NCBI GenBank assembly: GCA_965238005.1
Contig: OZ250165.1
Span: 672,001 to 736,000 of the forward strand
DNA from: Longimicrobiales bacterium
GTDB taxonomy: Bacteria > Gemmatimonadota > Gemmatimonadetes > Longimicrobiales > Gaopeijiaceae
Reading direction: 5' to 3'
DNA length: 64,000 bases
The position numbers and the translations under genes are program-made. The stretch's first letter is position 1; each line of letters opens with the position of its first letter. Under the pieces are notes generated by a model. The model saw only the letters and a program-made list of their open reading frames with translations. It was not told where the DNA came from and did not search any database. Positions 50,592-62,520 of the stretch are shown here, in pieces.

Positions 50592-52434
50592 TCACCCTCC
50601 TTGGTACGAGCAGTAGGACGCCACCATATCGAGCCAGCCAGCTCCGAGCGGCAGCCCGCGCGGGCCGCTAGCCTTCCAGGCCCGGCCGGCCGCGCTCAAG
50701 CCCCAAACGCCCACCCCGGAGCCACCCAGGAAGTCCATCGCCCCTATCCCGATGGGAGCCCCCGGCGGCGCGTCCGGCGCCGACTGGACGCCGTAGGGCT
50801 CGACCGGCCGCTCTAGGAAGCGGCTGATGTCGAGCGCGAGCAGCCGCTCGCTCGCGAGCGGCGCGTCGAACGGGGCGTCGATGTGGGTCAACGCCGTGCT
50901 CTGCTCCGCGAAGAGCCTCCCGGCGCCTTCCAGGTAGGCCGTCGCAATGGCTCTCACCTGGGGCATCGCCGCCCCGTCCGCCAGCGCCATCAACCGGTCA
51001 ATCGCCACCCGGCGCACGGCCCGACGGATTTCGGCCTCATAGGGTGGATCGCCCTCATCGGCCCCCGTCGCCGCCAGGGTCCCCGCGATTACTTCCTCGA
51101 GGCCGGGGAGCGCCGGGTCGAGAGCGTGCTGCTCGACGAGCCGCGCAGCCCTCGCGGGCTCCAGCAGCTCGGAGATCGTGTGGTCGGACGCGACCACGGC
51201 CGGGGAGATCGCGTCGAACATGACGCCGGTGTAGCGGGGGAACAGCTCTCGGGTGCGGCCGTAACCCGACGGCCGGGGAGGCAAGGAAGCGAGCACGGTC
51301 CTGGGCACTGCGAGCGCCGACGGGGCCAGCGTCGCCAGCAGGGCCTGGATGGCCGCCCGCTGGTCCGTGGCCGACACGGGCTCCACCGGGGTGCGGCCGT
51401 CCCCTCGGAAGGCGTAGATGTAGTGCATGCCGCCCACCGAGGACGCCGTCGAGGTCACCTGATAGCGGTGATGCATGTAGAGGGGGACCAAGACTTCCTC
51501 CATGGTGGCCATCGGCATGCCGTTCTTGATGGCCCGCTCGCCGAAGCGGTCCAGGGCGAAGCGGCGGATCCCCATCACGGCGTCGAGGTCGGCGCTGGGG
51601 TTCATGCCGTTGGCCCACTGATCCACTCGGGCGTGCGCCGATTGATCCTGATTCGACAGGTAGTGGATGTCCTCGGCCCAGGCGTCGTCCAGGGTCCTCT
51701 TGAGCGCCGGCGGCGCCTCGGACTCGTCCGCGTAGACCGAATACCCGTAGGCAGTCGCCACCCGGTCCCACTCGCCGATCTCCGCTTCGTAGACGTCCGA
51801 GTAGTCGAGACGCCCGTCCTCGAGGGTCACGAGGGGGTGCGGGTAGTCCATCACCGAGATCCGACCCTTCTCGCTGTTGTAGTAGTTGTGCCCGAGGCCC
51901 AGGGTGTGACCCACCTCGTGAGCGCTGAGCTGGCGGATGCGGGCCAGGGCCCATTCGGCGAGCTCGGGCGGCGTCTCGTCGCCGTCCTCGTAGGGAGACA
52001 GCAGGCCCTCGGCGATCATGTAGTCCTGGCGGATGCGGAGCGACCCGAGCGTCACCCGACCCTTAAGGATCTCTCCGGTGCGGGGGTCTGTGACGGATCC
52101 GCCCGAGCTCCAGCCGCGGGTCGATCGGTGCACCCAGTTGATCACGTTGTAGCGCACGTCGTGTGAGCTGATCCCAGGAGGCCGAAGCTCCACCCGGAAG
52201 CCTCCTCGGAAGCCCGCCTCCTGGTAGGCCTGCTCCCACCACCGAGCGCCGTCGAGGAGCGCGGACCGGATGGGCTCCGGCGTCCCGGGGTCGAGGTAGT
52301 AGACGATGGGCTCGACGGGCTCGCTCACCGCCGCCGACGGATCGCGCTTCTCCAGACGGTGCCGGCGGATGAAGCGCTTCGTCATGGGCTCACCCAGCGG
52401 AGCCCAATAGTCGGAGAACGTCATCCTGCCGAAG
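50592..52434 (-). pseudogene. Zinc-dependent metalloprotease (metzincin-like), N-terminus lost at an island junction
   Basis: HEVGHTLGLGH, SVMDYP, PIVYYLDPGTPEP; begins abruptly with no signal peptide next to an AT-rich junction. Confidence 0.82.
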
Positions 52435-52874
52435 CGTGTGCGGAAGGATGTGAGTCACGGCAAGAATCACCAAGAGATTTATAAGTTGTTATGATACAAC
52501 GAGATGCATATGTTATGCCATTTGTCATTCCCTCTTCATACCCAGTTTTTCAAACTGGATTCCCCGCGACGCTGGCGGACCTTCGTGGACTCGCGGACGG
52601 GATGGATCGAACTGATCGACGCACCTCGCCGACAACGGTCGGGAGCCCCAACGAGAACAGTACCCACCCCCTGCGCTCAGGCCACCACGCGGTAGATTCG
52701 GCGCTCGGGATCGCCACAGAGAGAACAGCGATCACTTCTGCGACGAGGGTCTCAATTCCGACGGCCTGCGTGTGCCCTGCGTCCGGTTGATCGCAAGCGC
52801 GCAACCGCCTTATTGTGTTCCACCTCCACCTCGCATCCAAGTCTCGCATTTCCGAAGCCGACGGGAGATCGCCA

Positions 52875-55800
52875 GTGAGCCGATTCAAGGACGCCGAGCC
52901 CATCTTGGCGGCAGCCGAACGCTGGAAGCGGCGGTGCCTCTTGGACGAGAAGTCGCTGTTCACTGGGCGGTCCATGTGGACTCACGAGGGCTTTGACGAA
53001 CTGCGCAGACGGTATGTGGAGAGCATCGAAGACGGTTTACCCGCAACCTCGTTTCTGGGTGAACTTGAGCGCACGGTCAAGTCCGGATCGCCAAATGCCA
53101 GCTGAGGCCGTGTGAAAACTCACCATGATTGAACGGGGAGCGAGCACCTAGGGCGGTGAGCTTGACATTTTGCTGGGAGGGGCGGGAAAGTAGTCGGGTG
53201 GGGCGTTGCGGACCTGACAGGGCCGTCTGGAAGCGCCCCGAAGGGCGAAAAACGGCGCTGAGGACCCCCTCTACGCGAGGGCGTCCAGCAGCTGCGGGAC
53301 CTCGACGATGTTGAGGACCCGCTTCAGGTTGTAGGCAAGCACGGTCAGGCTGAACTCGCCGCGGACCTTCCGCATGCCTTTGAGCAGAAAGTACCCCTGG
53401 TCCATCCCGCGCTTCATCGTGCCAAACGGATGCTCCACTAGCGCTTTGCGCTGCGCGAAGCGCGCCTGCTCCCGCTGGAGCCGTTGCGCCATCTCCTCCA
53501 TCAGGTGCTCGTCCGCCCACCGTGTGATCTTCCGCCCGTCTTTGTTGCGCGTACAGCGGGGCCTGAGTGGACACCGCTTACAGGCGGTGGTCCGATAGTT
53601 CTTGATGGTGCGCCCGAGCTCGACGGTGGTGGTGCGGTAGGTGAGCGTCTTCCCCGCAGGACAGCGATAGAGGTCCCGAGTCCGGTCGTAGACGAAGTCA
53701 TCTTTGGTGAAGAGCCCGCGCTTGGCATTGGCCGAGGTGATCGGTCGGGGCACCAGCGGCGTGAGGCCCGCCTCCACACACGTCTTGATCTCGGCGCCGT
53801 GGTAGTAGCCCCGGTCGGCCACCACCACCGGCGTCACGTTCCCCAGTACCTCCTGGGCCGCCATGGCCATCGGACTGAGCTGATTCTGGTCGGCGGCGGC
53901 GTTGGTGACCGTCTCGGCCACAATCAACTTGTGCTTGGCGTCGACCGCGGTCTGGACGTTGTAGCAGATCTCGATGCGGCCCCCGCTCATCATCGGCCGA
54001 CTGTCGGCATCGGTGAGTGAGAGCGCGCTCTCCCCACTCGCCGCCAGCTCTTGCTGGAGATCCTCGTAGCGCTCCCGGCGCTGCTTAAGCGCCGCAATCT
54101 TCTCGCGCAGGGCGTCGGCGCTCGGCCGCTCGGTGCCCGCCTCCGCCTCGTCCTGGCGCTCCAAGTCTCGCAGATAGCGCGCGATCGTGCGCTCGATGTC
54201 CCGTTGTAGCTTGGCCAAGCGGGCCGCGGTGTAGCTCCGATCCCGGGCATTGACCGCCCGGAACTTGCTCCCATCGATGGCGAGCAACTCGCCGCCAAAG
54301 AGGTCCAGCCGCTTGCACAAGAGAATGAACTCGCGGCATACGCCCTTCAGCGCCTGCGGGTGATCCCGGCGGAAGTCAGCGATGGTCTTGAAGTCGGGTC
54401 GCAGTCCTCGCACCAACCACATCAGCTCGATGTTGCGATGCGTCTCCTGCTCCAGCCGCCGGCTGGAGCGAATGCGGTGCAGGTAGCCGTATAGGTACAA
54501 TCGCAGGAGATCACCGGGATCGTAGCCCGGGCGGCCCGTATCTGCAGGCACCGATCGCTGAAAACTGAGCGTGCCGAGATCGAGCTGCGCCACGAAGGCG
54601 TCGAGGAAGCGCACTGGGTTGTCAGCGGTGACGTAGTCGTCGAGGACCTCAGGGAGGAGCACCACTTGGGTGCGATCCCTGCCGGCGATATAGGCCATGG
54701 GCGAAGCTCCGAGCAAGGGGAGCACTGGCCAAAACACGGGACGTATAATATATGGCACGTCAGGAGTTTTCACACAGGCTCAGCTGCCTTTGGGCCGAAA
54801 TGACATGGGTGTACCTGTTGATCCACCGCCCGGGATCTATGCGAGCGGCCAAGAAGCGAGCCCGGATAGGCGAGATCTGGAATTGGTCGGGGCGAGACTT
54901 ACCGGGAGACCACGACCTGTTGAACGACGCCGTGCTCGGAGCGGGCGTCGCCCACCCGGGTCCCGCCTACAGCGTACATGCATGGAAAGAATTCCGCTTC
55001 TTCGCGACCGCCATGCTCCGATGGTTCTCGCTGGAGATTGACGAGCGTGCATCCCTCCTTGACCGTCCATGGAGATTCGCGAAATGGCTGGACGACACCA
55101 AGTACGCTCAGAACCGCATGTTCCGCCACATCGTTCTATTCCTGCTTTTCCCGGACGAGTTCGAGCCCATCTCGACGAGCGGTCACAAGATGCAGATCGT
55201 AGACCGCCTACACCAAGGCGAGCGTGTTGACGCTTCCAACTTGGTCGCACTCGATCGGGCCATACTCGCAATCCGAAAACGCCTAGAAGACCTGTATCCG
55301 GGCGAGGAACTACACCCCTACGGCTCCCCATTCAAAGATCTCTGGCAAGGCCCAGTGACCCCCAAGCCCCAGAAGAGGGGCGAGACAGTCCATGCGGAGA
55401 TAACCAAACGCCACCAGCTCAACCAGATCCTCTACGGCCCCCCCGGCACCGGCAAGACCTATCGCGCGACCGCCTGTGCCATGGCCATCGTCAAGGGGAT
55501 CGAGGCGGACGAAGTCACTGAGGAACACCGCACCGAATTCCGCAATCTCCGCTTCGATCCCACAAACGAGACGGGCCAGATCGCTATGGTCACCTTCCAC
55601 CAGAACTTTTCCTACGAGGACTTCGTGGAAGGCATCCGGCCCAGGCTCGCCGAGGGCGGCGACATCGGCTACGAGCTCCGGCCCGGCATTTTCAGGAGGA
55701 TCGTGGATGTGGCACTGGCCGATCCTGACCGCCCCTACGTCCTCATCATCGACGAGATCAACCGGGGCAACATCCCCAAAGATCCTCGGCGAGCTCATCA

Positions 55801-56447
55801 CGCTGATCGAACCGTCCCGGCGCATCGGCCAAGAAGACGAGACGACTGTCACGTTGCCCTATTCCGGCGACAGCTTCGGAGTTCCGGGCAACCTGCACAT
55901 CATCGGTACCATGAACACTGCCGACCGCTCCATTCTTCCTCTCGACACCGCGCTACGGCGCAGGTTCGACCATGTGGAGATGTTGCCCGACCCGGATCAT
56001 CCGCTCATCGCGGATAGCGTCGCCGGAATCGACCTCAGCAAGATGCTCAAAGCCATCAACGCACGTATCTCGCTGCTCTTGGATCGTGAACGCCAGATCG
56101 GCCACATCTACCTCTTCAACGTAACCGACATCGAGTCGCTGGCCGCCAAGTTCCGGACGGCCATCCTCCCCCTCTTGGCGGAATACTTCTACGACGACTG
56201 GTCGAAGATCGGGCATGTGCTGGGCGGCGCGCCTTTCGTCATCGAGAAGCCGCACGGCGAGCACGTGTCTGGCCTAGAGGACAAGGGCTTGCTGGATCTG
56301 GACACCGCGATCCACGAGGTGCTTCCTGCGACGGCGGAGGAGTGGCGGGATCCAGTCCAGTACCGGCGCATATACGAAGAGGGCGCTTCGGTCGGTGGCG
56401 ACCAGCGGGAGGACGAGAGTCCCGACATTGGCGACGGTCAGTCTTGA
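52875..56447 (+). pseudogene. mcrB: McrB-family GTPase (system 2), split by IS1182 and frameshifted near 55779
   Basis: Removing the IS gives ...GSPNASCLWAEM... in frame; AAA motifs as in system 1; one extra C in ATCCCCAAAG. Confidence 0.9.
53104..54781 (-). mobile_element. IS1182-family element; transposase 53271-54698 apparently intact
   Basis: 18-bp IRs GAGGCCGTGTGAAAACTC and GAGTTTTCACACAGGCTC; AGCT target duplication; PDFKTIADFR, IDGSK, ADRGY, VEHPFG. Confidence 0.95.
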
Positions 56448-56451
56448 ACCG

Positions 56452-57732
56452 ATGTCAGGTGTCTTAACCATTCGGGAGTACGAACAGTTCCGCATCGGTC
56501 ACGGACTCGACAAGCGCGATCTGGAGGATCTGAAGGCCTTCGCCTACGACAACGCACGTGCGGTTCAGGAACACGGATACCGCCCGGTCCTTCATTTTGG
56601 CCGGAGCGGTAGGCTCCACGCGAGCAACTACGTTGGCACGATCACCACGAAGCGCGGCTCACTCGTCGAGATCCTGCCCAAGATCGACCTTGGCGGGGCC
56701 GAGTACGCAGACCACGATCAGACTCGCGAGGCATTCCTCACGATGCTGCGAACCTACCGCGGGCTGAGGAGGGCCGCGAACCTCCCTCCCGGGGCCATCC
56801 AGACGCTACGGCGCTTCCCCATGCTCGAGGTCTTTGTCCGACTCTTCCTAGAGAACGTCAGCGTACTGGTTCGAGGCGGCCTCGGCCGACGGTACGTGGC
56901 GACCCAGGAGAATCTGCCCTTTCTGCGCGGCCGCATCGCCTTCCGGGATCACCTGCGCGAGAACCAGACCGACCGTTCGCGCTTCTACGTCGAACACGAC
57001 GAGTTGAGCCCCAACCGCCCCGCCAACCGGCTCATCCGCACCACTCTCGACAGGCTCAGGCCCATCGTGCGCAACGAGCGCAACCGGCGGCTACTTGCGG
57101 ACCTTGAGCCGGTGTTCGGCGCGGTGCCGGCGACGCGAGACCCGCGCGCGGACTGGCGCAGCCACGGCATAGATCGCTCCATGCGGCACTACGGCCGGGT
57201 CATGCCGTGGGTCGAACTCTTCCTCTTCAACCGGGGGCTCGCGACCTGGTCCGGTCGGCATGTCAATCAGTCGCTGCTCTTCCCCATGGAGGAAGTGTAC
57301 GAGGACTTCGTGACCGACAGCTTTCGCCGCGACCAAGCCGAGTTCCAGGTGGTCGCCCGAGCGCCCCGGAAGCACATGGCCTCAATCGGCGGCAAGCACG
57401 TCTTCGCGACGAAGCCGGACATTTCACTCCGCAAGCCACCCAACACCATCCGGTTCATCCTCGACGCCAAGTGGAAGCACATCGGCAAGCGAGGATCCGA
57501 CCCGATCCACGACATTGCCAGCCCCGACCTGTATCAGCTCTACGCCTACGGCAAGCGGTACGAGTGCCGGGCCGTGGCTCTGGTCTACCCGCAGAGCGGA
57601 GACTTCACCAGTCCATTCACCGCTCGGTTCTTCGATGGCCTGAAGATCGTCTGCCTGCCATTCGACGTTGCCTCGCCCGAGAGCTCCCGGAGGAGTGTGC
57701 GGCTTGCTCTACGGACGCTGGCGACGAACTGA
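56452..57732 (+). CDS. mcrC: McrC-family nuclease subunit (system 2)
   Basis: Close paralogue of 17364-18644. Confidence 0.92.
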   Translation: MSGVLTIREYEQFRIGHGLDKRDLEDLKAFAYDNARAVQEHGYRPVLHFGRSGRLHASNYVGTITTKRGSLVEILPKIDLGGAEYADHDQTREAFLTMLRTYRGLRRAANLPPGAIQTLRRFPMLEVFVRLFLENVSVLVRGGLGRRYVATQENLPFLRGRIAFRDHLRENQTDRSRFYVEHDELSPNRPANRLIRTTLDRLRPIVRNERNRRLLADLEPVFGAVPATRDPRADWRSHGIDRSMRHYGRVMPWVELFLFNRGLATWSGRHVNQSLLFPMEEVYEDFVTDSFRRDQAEFQVVARAPRKHMASIGGKHVFATKPDISLRKPPNTIRFILDAKWKHIGKRGSDPIHDIASPDLYQLYAYGKRYECRAVALVYPQSGDFTSPFTARFFDGLKIVCLPFDVASPESSRRSVRLALRTLATN

Positions 57733-57862
57733 TCCAAGCGAAGCATCCTCCACGGCCGGGGATTTGGCCAATGGCGAGGCACTGCAGGACATCGACCGAT
57801 TCGCGGGGCGCACGGTCGGAGTCCATCGGAACCGTCATCTGCGCGACTGGACTAACGGGGGG

Positions 57863-59766
57863 GCTCGGGATTGGCGGGACGCGGAATACGAAAAGGGCGA
57901 GACGCAGAGCTTCTACAACGATTTCTTCGAGGTGTTCGATGTCCGCCGCCGATCCGTGGCACGCTACGAGGAGCATGTCGCCAAGCTCGACAACCGGTCT
58001 GGCTTCATCGACCTGTTCTGGCCGGGCGTCCTGATCGTCGAGCAGAAGAGCGCCGGGCGCGATTTGGCAAAGGCGTACGGACAGGCCGGGGAGTATTTCG
58101 ACGCGCTCCCTGAGCGCGACCGCCCGCGCTACATCCTGGTGAGCGACTTCCAGACCTTCGAGCTTCACGATCTGGACGACCGGGAGACCGTCTCTTTCTC
58201 CCTTGCGGAGTTGCCCGGCCACGTCGAGGCGTTCGGCTTCATACTCGGCGTGCAGCGCCGCACGTTTCGCGATCAGGACCCCGTCAACATCCAAGCGGCC
58301 GAGCTTGTCGGCCAGCTTCATGATGCCCTCGACGCCGCAGGCTACCGAGGCCACGATCTGGAGCGCTTTCTGGTGCGGATCGTGTTCTGCCTGTTCGCCG
58401 ACGACACCGGCATCTTCGAGCCGCGCGACATCTTCTTCGATTTTCTCGATGGCCGCACCGCCAAGGACGGATCGGACACCGGATCGTGGCTGGAACACCT
58501 GTTCCAGGTCCTCGACACACGAGAGGAAGGGCGCTATGCGACGCTCGACGAGGATTTGGCGCGCTTTCCTTACGTCAATGGCCGGTTGTTCGAGGAGCCG
58601 CTACGCATCCCGGCCTTCAACGCGGCGATGCGGAAGGCGTTGCTGGAGGTCTGCCGGTTCGACTGGTCCAACATCTCGCCCGCCATCTTCGGCGCGCTGT
58701 TCCAGTCGGTCATGGATCCGGCGGAGCGACGCAAGCAGGGCGCGCACTACACGACCGAGAAGAACATCCTGAAGGTGATCGAGCCGCTATTCCTAGACGA
58801 CCTTCGCGCCGAGTTCGAGCGCCTGAGAAGCCGCAAGTACAGCCGCCGCCGCGCCGATCTGCGCCGGTTTCAGGAGAAGCTCGGCCGGATGGCCCTCTTC
58901 GATCCCGCGTGCGGGTGCGGGAACTTCCTCATCATCGCATATCGCGAGTTGCGGGAAATGGAGATCGAGGTTCTGAAGGAGCTTCACCGGAAGGGCGACC
59001 GGCGGCGGAACCGGCGGCGGAGCCGTACATGCGGCCCTACATCGGCGCCCGCGAGTACCTGCAAGGCGGCGGCAGGTGGATCCTCGCTCTGCACGATGCC
59101 CCGCCCAATGTCTTGGCGGGGATGCCAGCCGTACGGGATCGGATCGCAGCGGTGCGTTCCTACCGCGAGGCCAGCCGGAGCGCGCCGACGCGGAAGCTGG
59201 CCGAGACTCCGACGCTGTATCATGTCAACGTCATCCCCACCGCCCCCTTCCTCGTCGTCCCCGAGGTCAGTTCGGAAAGGCGCGAGTACGTACCTATCGG
59301 CTGGCTGGAGCCTCCGGTGATTCCGAGCAATCTCGTTCGCATTCTGCAGAACGCCACGCTGACAGACTTCGCGCTCCTGACCTCGGCCATGCACATGGCG
59401 TGGCTACGCCACATCGGAGGACGGCTCAAGAGCGACTACCGCTACTCCATCGGCTTGGTCTACAACACCTTCCCGACCCCGCCCACTGACGCCAACACGC
59501 CCAGGCTCAAATCTCTGGCGCAGGCCGTCCTCGACGGCCGCGCAGCCTGTCCCGACGCCACCCTGGCGGACCTCTACGACCCGGATCTGATGCCGCCGGT
59601 CCTCCGTCGCGCCCACCAGGCGCTCGACCGCAGCGTGGACCGGCTCTATCGCCGGAAGGGCTTCGCCTCGGAACGCGAACGCGCGGAACATCTGTTCATG
59701 CTCTATGAGAAGATGCAAACGCCGCTCACAGCAGGAATGAAGGGCAGGCGACGCCGAAGGCGGTGA
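57863..59766 (+). pseudogene. MmeI-like type IIL restriction-methyltransferase, 5'-truncated and internally deleted
   Basis: EKGETQSF, IDLFWPG...EQKS, GAHYT, DPACGCGNF; no NPPY/F motif; jumps near 59010 to the C-terminal part (SSERREY, DYRYS, LADLYDP). Confidence 0.88.
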
Positions 59767-59810
59767 CCCGCTACCGACCGCCCAGCAGACCACGGCGGAT
59801 CGGTCTCCAA

Positions 59811-60641
59811 CTATGTGTGGGGATCCTCGATCGGAGGGAGAATCCGAAAGATGTAGTCCGTCAAGATCAGCATGTTCATGCTGTGCTTGTGAGTCGAATA
59901 GGCCACCAGTCCATGCACGGCAGCGTGACGGTTCGGGGTTGGATCCCGCTCGAACCTTCCCCGTTCGTCCTCGCTTACCTGCTCGTACGCGTGCAATACA
60001 AGGCGATCGAACAGGACCCAATCGTATCGTTCTCTGGACCTAAGGTCCGCCGGATCTCGCGATCCGATTAGCTTTTCGAGCATCTTCTTGGAACCGCCGC
60101 GTCCGGCACCGATCATGCGCTCGATTTCGGGAAACAACACGCGGCAGGTGCACCGGTATAACCCAGCCTCGTGGGCCAAGAGGGCCTCACGGAACGTTGC
60201 CCTCGCTTCATCGTCGATGTGATAGTCCGCGAGACGTGAGTTCATGTCGTCACGAATCTCAATCCACCTGGAGCGGTAGTCGTCGGCCAAACGGCTGTCC
60301 AGGAGAAAAAGATCGTCTCCGCACTCTTCTACAAGGCGGTAGCGTGCAGAATGATGCGGAAGCCATCCAGCCTCAAGCGATGCGTCCGTGGTTCGTGTCC
60401 ACTCGCCGAACTCCTCCAGAAAGGGCTGAATCCGCTCCGTGGCCTCAGCCGCCGCTTCAGCGGTTCGGTTCCATTCCTCCAGAAAAGGGGCTACGGCGGC
60501 GGACCATTCATTCAGTGTCTCCAAGGCAGGACCGAGCGAACGCTTCATTTGCCGGATTGCTTCCGAAATCTGCGGGGCGGCCGGTGACAGAGCTTGCCAA
60601 GCGGCCTGGATTGCGGCGATGTCGTCCTTGGAAACGGTCAT
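59811..60641 (-). CDS. Hypothetical protein with a C-terminal RxxxxH (HEPN-like) motif
   Basis: PNRHAAVHG in a helical-looking C-terminal region; 276 aa. Confidence 0.6.
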   Translation of the reverse strand: MTVSKDDIAAIQAAWQALSPAAPQISEAIRQMKRSLGPALETLNEWSAAVAPFLEEWNRTAEAAAEATERIQPFLEEFGEWTRTTDASLEAGWLPHHSARYRLVEECGDDLFLLDSRLADDYRSRWIEIRDDMNSRLADYHIDDEARATFREALLAHEAGLYRCTCRVLFPEIERMIGAGRGGSKKMLEKLIGSRDPADLRSRERYDWVLFDRLVLHAYEQVSEDERGRFERDPTPNRHAAVHGLVAYSTHKHSMNMLILTDYIFRILPPIEDPHT

Positions 60642-61133
60642 GGTGAGTTTTCCACCAATTGCTGGGGGGTAAGGGAAATGGCGCTGCGAGGGTCAATCGA
60701 GTCCCCGCCGATGTCCTGTAAGGTAGCCATAGGTTCCACCACCGCGACCGAGGCCGGCTAGCGTAGTCCCCTGCCGACTGCTCCGGCATGTAGAGGGGAA
60801 CACGCTTGATCGACCGCCTCGACCGGTGTCGTGACCGGGCGTATTGCCCGCCAGCCGCCGCCCACTTCACGAACCGGGACTGAGGCCCTCCTCGGGAGGC
60901 GATGGAGGTGCCATCGGCGGAAGCCGATCGGCATCCGGGACTACGCTGGAACCCTCGGGACATCTAGTCGCGTGCTCCATTTGACAGCGCACAGATCTGG
61001 CTACTGGATTGAACTGGCCGGGAGATGATTGGAGTTCCGACTCGGGTGTCGCAACGTTTTGGGGCACGCCATTGAGAACGTGAGGAGCCGTCATGCGACA
61101 CCGAAACGCCGTTGGGGACTGGGAGCTGCCGCG

Positions 61134-62078
61134 ATGATTGCCCATCTCTGCGGACGCGAACGGGCGCTGGAGGCTTTCGGCTGGAAGGGACGCCGGGCGG
61201 AATGGATCGCCCTGGCCTGCCTCCACGGCAGCGGCGTCTTCACCCGGTTGCAATGGAGGAGCTTCATGCGCTGCCACCCCGAGAAGGTGCGCCGCGCCGT
61301 CCGCAAGCTCGTCGCGCAGGGCGTGGCCGTCGAGGAGCACCCGCCCGGGATCGACGGTATCGGCCGGGTGTGCCGGATCCACGGACGCAAGATCTACCGG
61401 GCGCTCGGTGCCGGGGATCACCCCCGACGGCGGATCACCTCCCGCGAAGTACTCATACGGCGCCTGCTCGCGCTCGACTACGTGCTCGAACATCCCCACC
61501 TGCCGTGGCTGCCGACCGAGCCCGAGAAGGTCGCCGCCTTCGAGGCGCTCGGGATCGAGCGCCGGTTCCTTCCCCAACGGGTCTATCAGGGCGCGCTCGG
61601 CAACCTTCGGCGCTTCTTCCCGCTCGGGCTGCCCGTCGCGCTGGACGCCGAGCGCGCCGTCTTCGTCTACGCCGAGCCGGGCCACGGGACCACGACGGCG
61701 CTCCATTCCTGGGGCGCGGCGCACCGCGAACTCTGGAAGGCGCTTTGGGATCGCGGCCGCAAGATCGAAGTGGTGGCGGTCGTCCGGACATGGAAGGAGT
61801 CGAGCCGGGCGGGGACGGTGCTCGCCAACTGGGCGCGGGATCCCCGCCCCTCCGAAATGGACGAGGAGACGAGCCGTGACCTCGCCCGGATCGAGCAGGC
61901 CATCCTGAAGGGCGATGTCCGGGTCCTCGACGAGTACGGCGGCTTGCAGGCCGCCATGAGGCGCAGCGTCGCCCTTGAGAAGCGGGCGCGGAGGCGGGCG
62001 GGGCGAGGGTTGATGGATCGAGCCGTCACATGGAGGACGGATCGGCCCGCGGGGGCGCGATTCAGTTGGGAAACCTAA
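61134..62078 (+). CDS. Rep-like wHTH hypothetical protein, first gene of the element
   Basis: Full-length homologue of the 21493-21945 fragment; HTH-like EKVRRAVRKLVAQG; function unknown. Confidence 0.7.
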   Translation: MIAHLCGRERALEAFGWKGRRAEWIALACLHGSGVFTRLQWRSFMRCHPEKVRRAVRKLVAQGVAVEEHPPGIDGIGRVCRIHGRKIYRALGAGDHPRRRITSREVLIRRLLALDYVLEHPHLPWLPTEPEKVAAFEALGIERRFLPQRVYQGALGNLRRFFPLGLPVALDAERAVFVYAEPGHGTTTALHSWGAAHRELWKALWDRGRKIEVVAVVRTWKESSRAGTVLANWARDPRPSEMDEETSRDLARIEQAILKGDVRVLDEYGGLQAAMRRSVALEKRARRRAGRGLMDRAVTWRTDRPAGARFSWET

Positions 62079-62243
62079 GGCTCTTATGCCGTACTGGAGG
62101 TGTGCATGCGACACGGGGGGTCGATGCACATTTTGGCGCTCCGGTGATTCACACCCGCTGGCCTGCTTATCCACTGGCGCGGCAAGGCCTTGTGGCCTCG
62201 CCGCACGGTCGGCCGTGGCACAGTAGCCACTTGGGCTGTGGAG

Positions 62244-62333
62244 GGGAGCGACCCCCCAGGCCGAGGGCCTGCTACGGGCGCGGGGCCAGGTGTGTTTTCA
62301 CACGCTGGCCCCCGCCCTCCGGGGGTCGCTCCC
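62244..62333. repeat. 13-bp inverted repeat hairpin (candidate oriT/ori)
   Basis: GGGAGCGACCCCC...GGGGGTCGCTCCC with GTGTTTTCACAC. Confidence 0.7.
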
Positions 62334-62520
62334 AGTCCATGGATCCCTTGGCGGGAAGGCCGTCCAGCGCCGCTGTGAGCGGCGTATCAACGGACCGATC
62401 CGGCTTCCGGGTCTCGGCTCTCGTCGGCCAGGTACGCGGCTCAGTCGAAGGGCAGGCTGTTCATGGTGCCGAGGCATGGGGCCTGATCGCGCTCCACGCC
62501 GTTCGACGAACGCGAGGTAG

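Larger units (their letters stand above)
60974..62333 (+). mobile_element. Integrative element copy E (left end, rep-like gene and hairpin only)
   Basis: GC at 60974 lies 35 bp before TTGAACT, mirroring the right ends; gene and hairpin match the 5' region of copy C. Confidence 0.7.

Noticed and set aside
55770..55790. Programmed frameshift or phase variation in mcrB2 (also near 16279 and 46590)
   Set aside because: Short single-base indels in otherwise decaying genes; mutation or sequencing error is more likely
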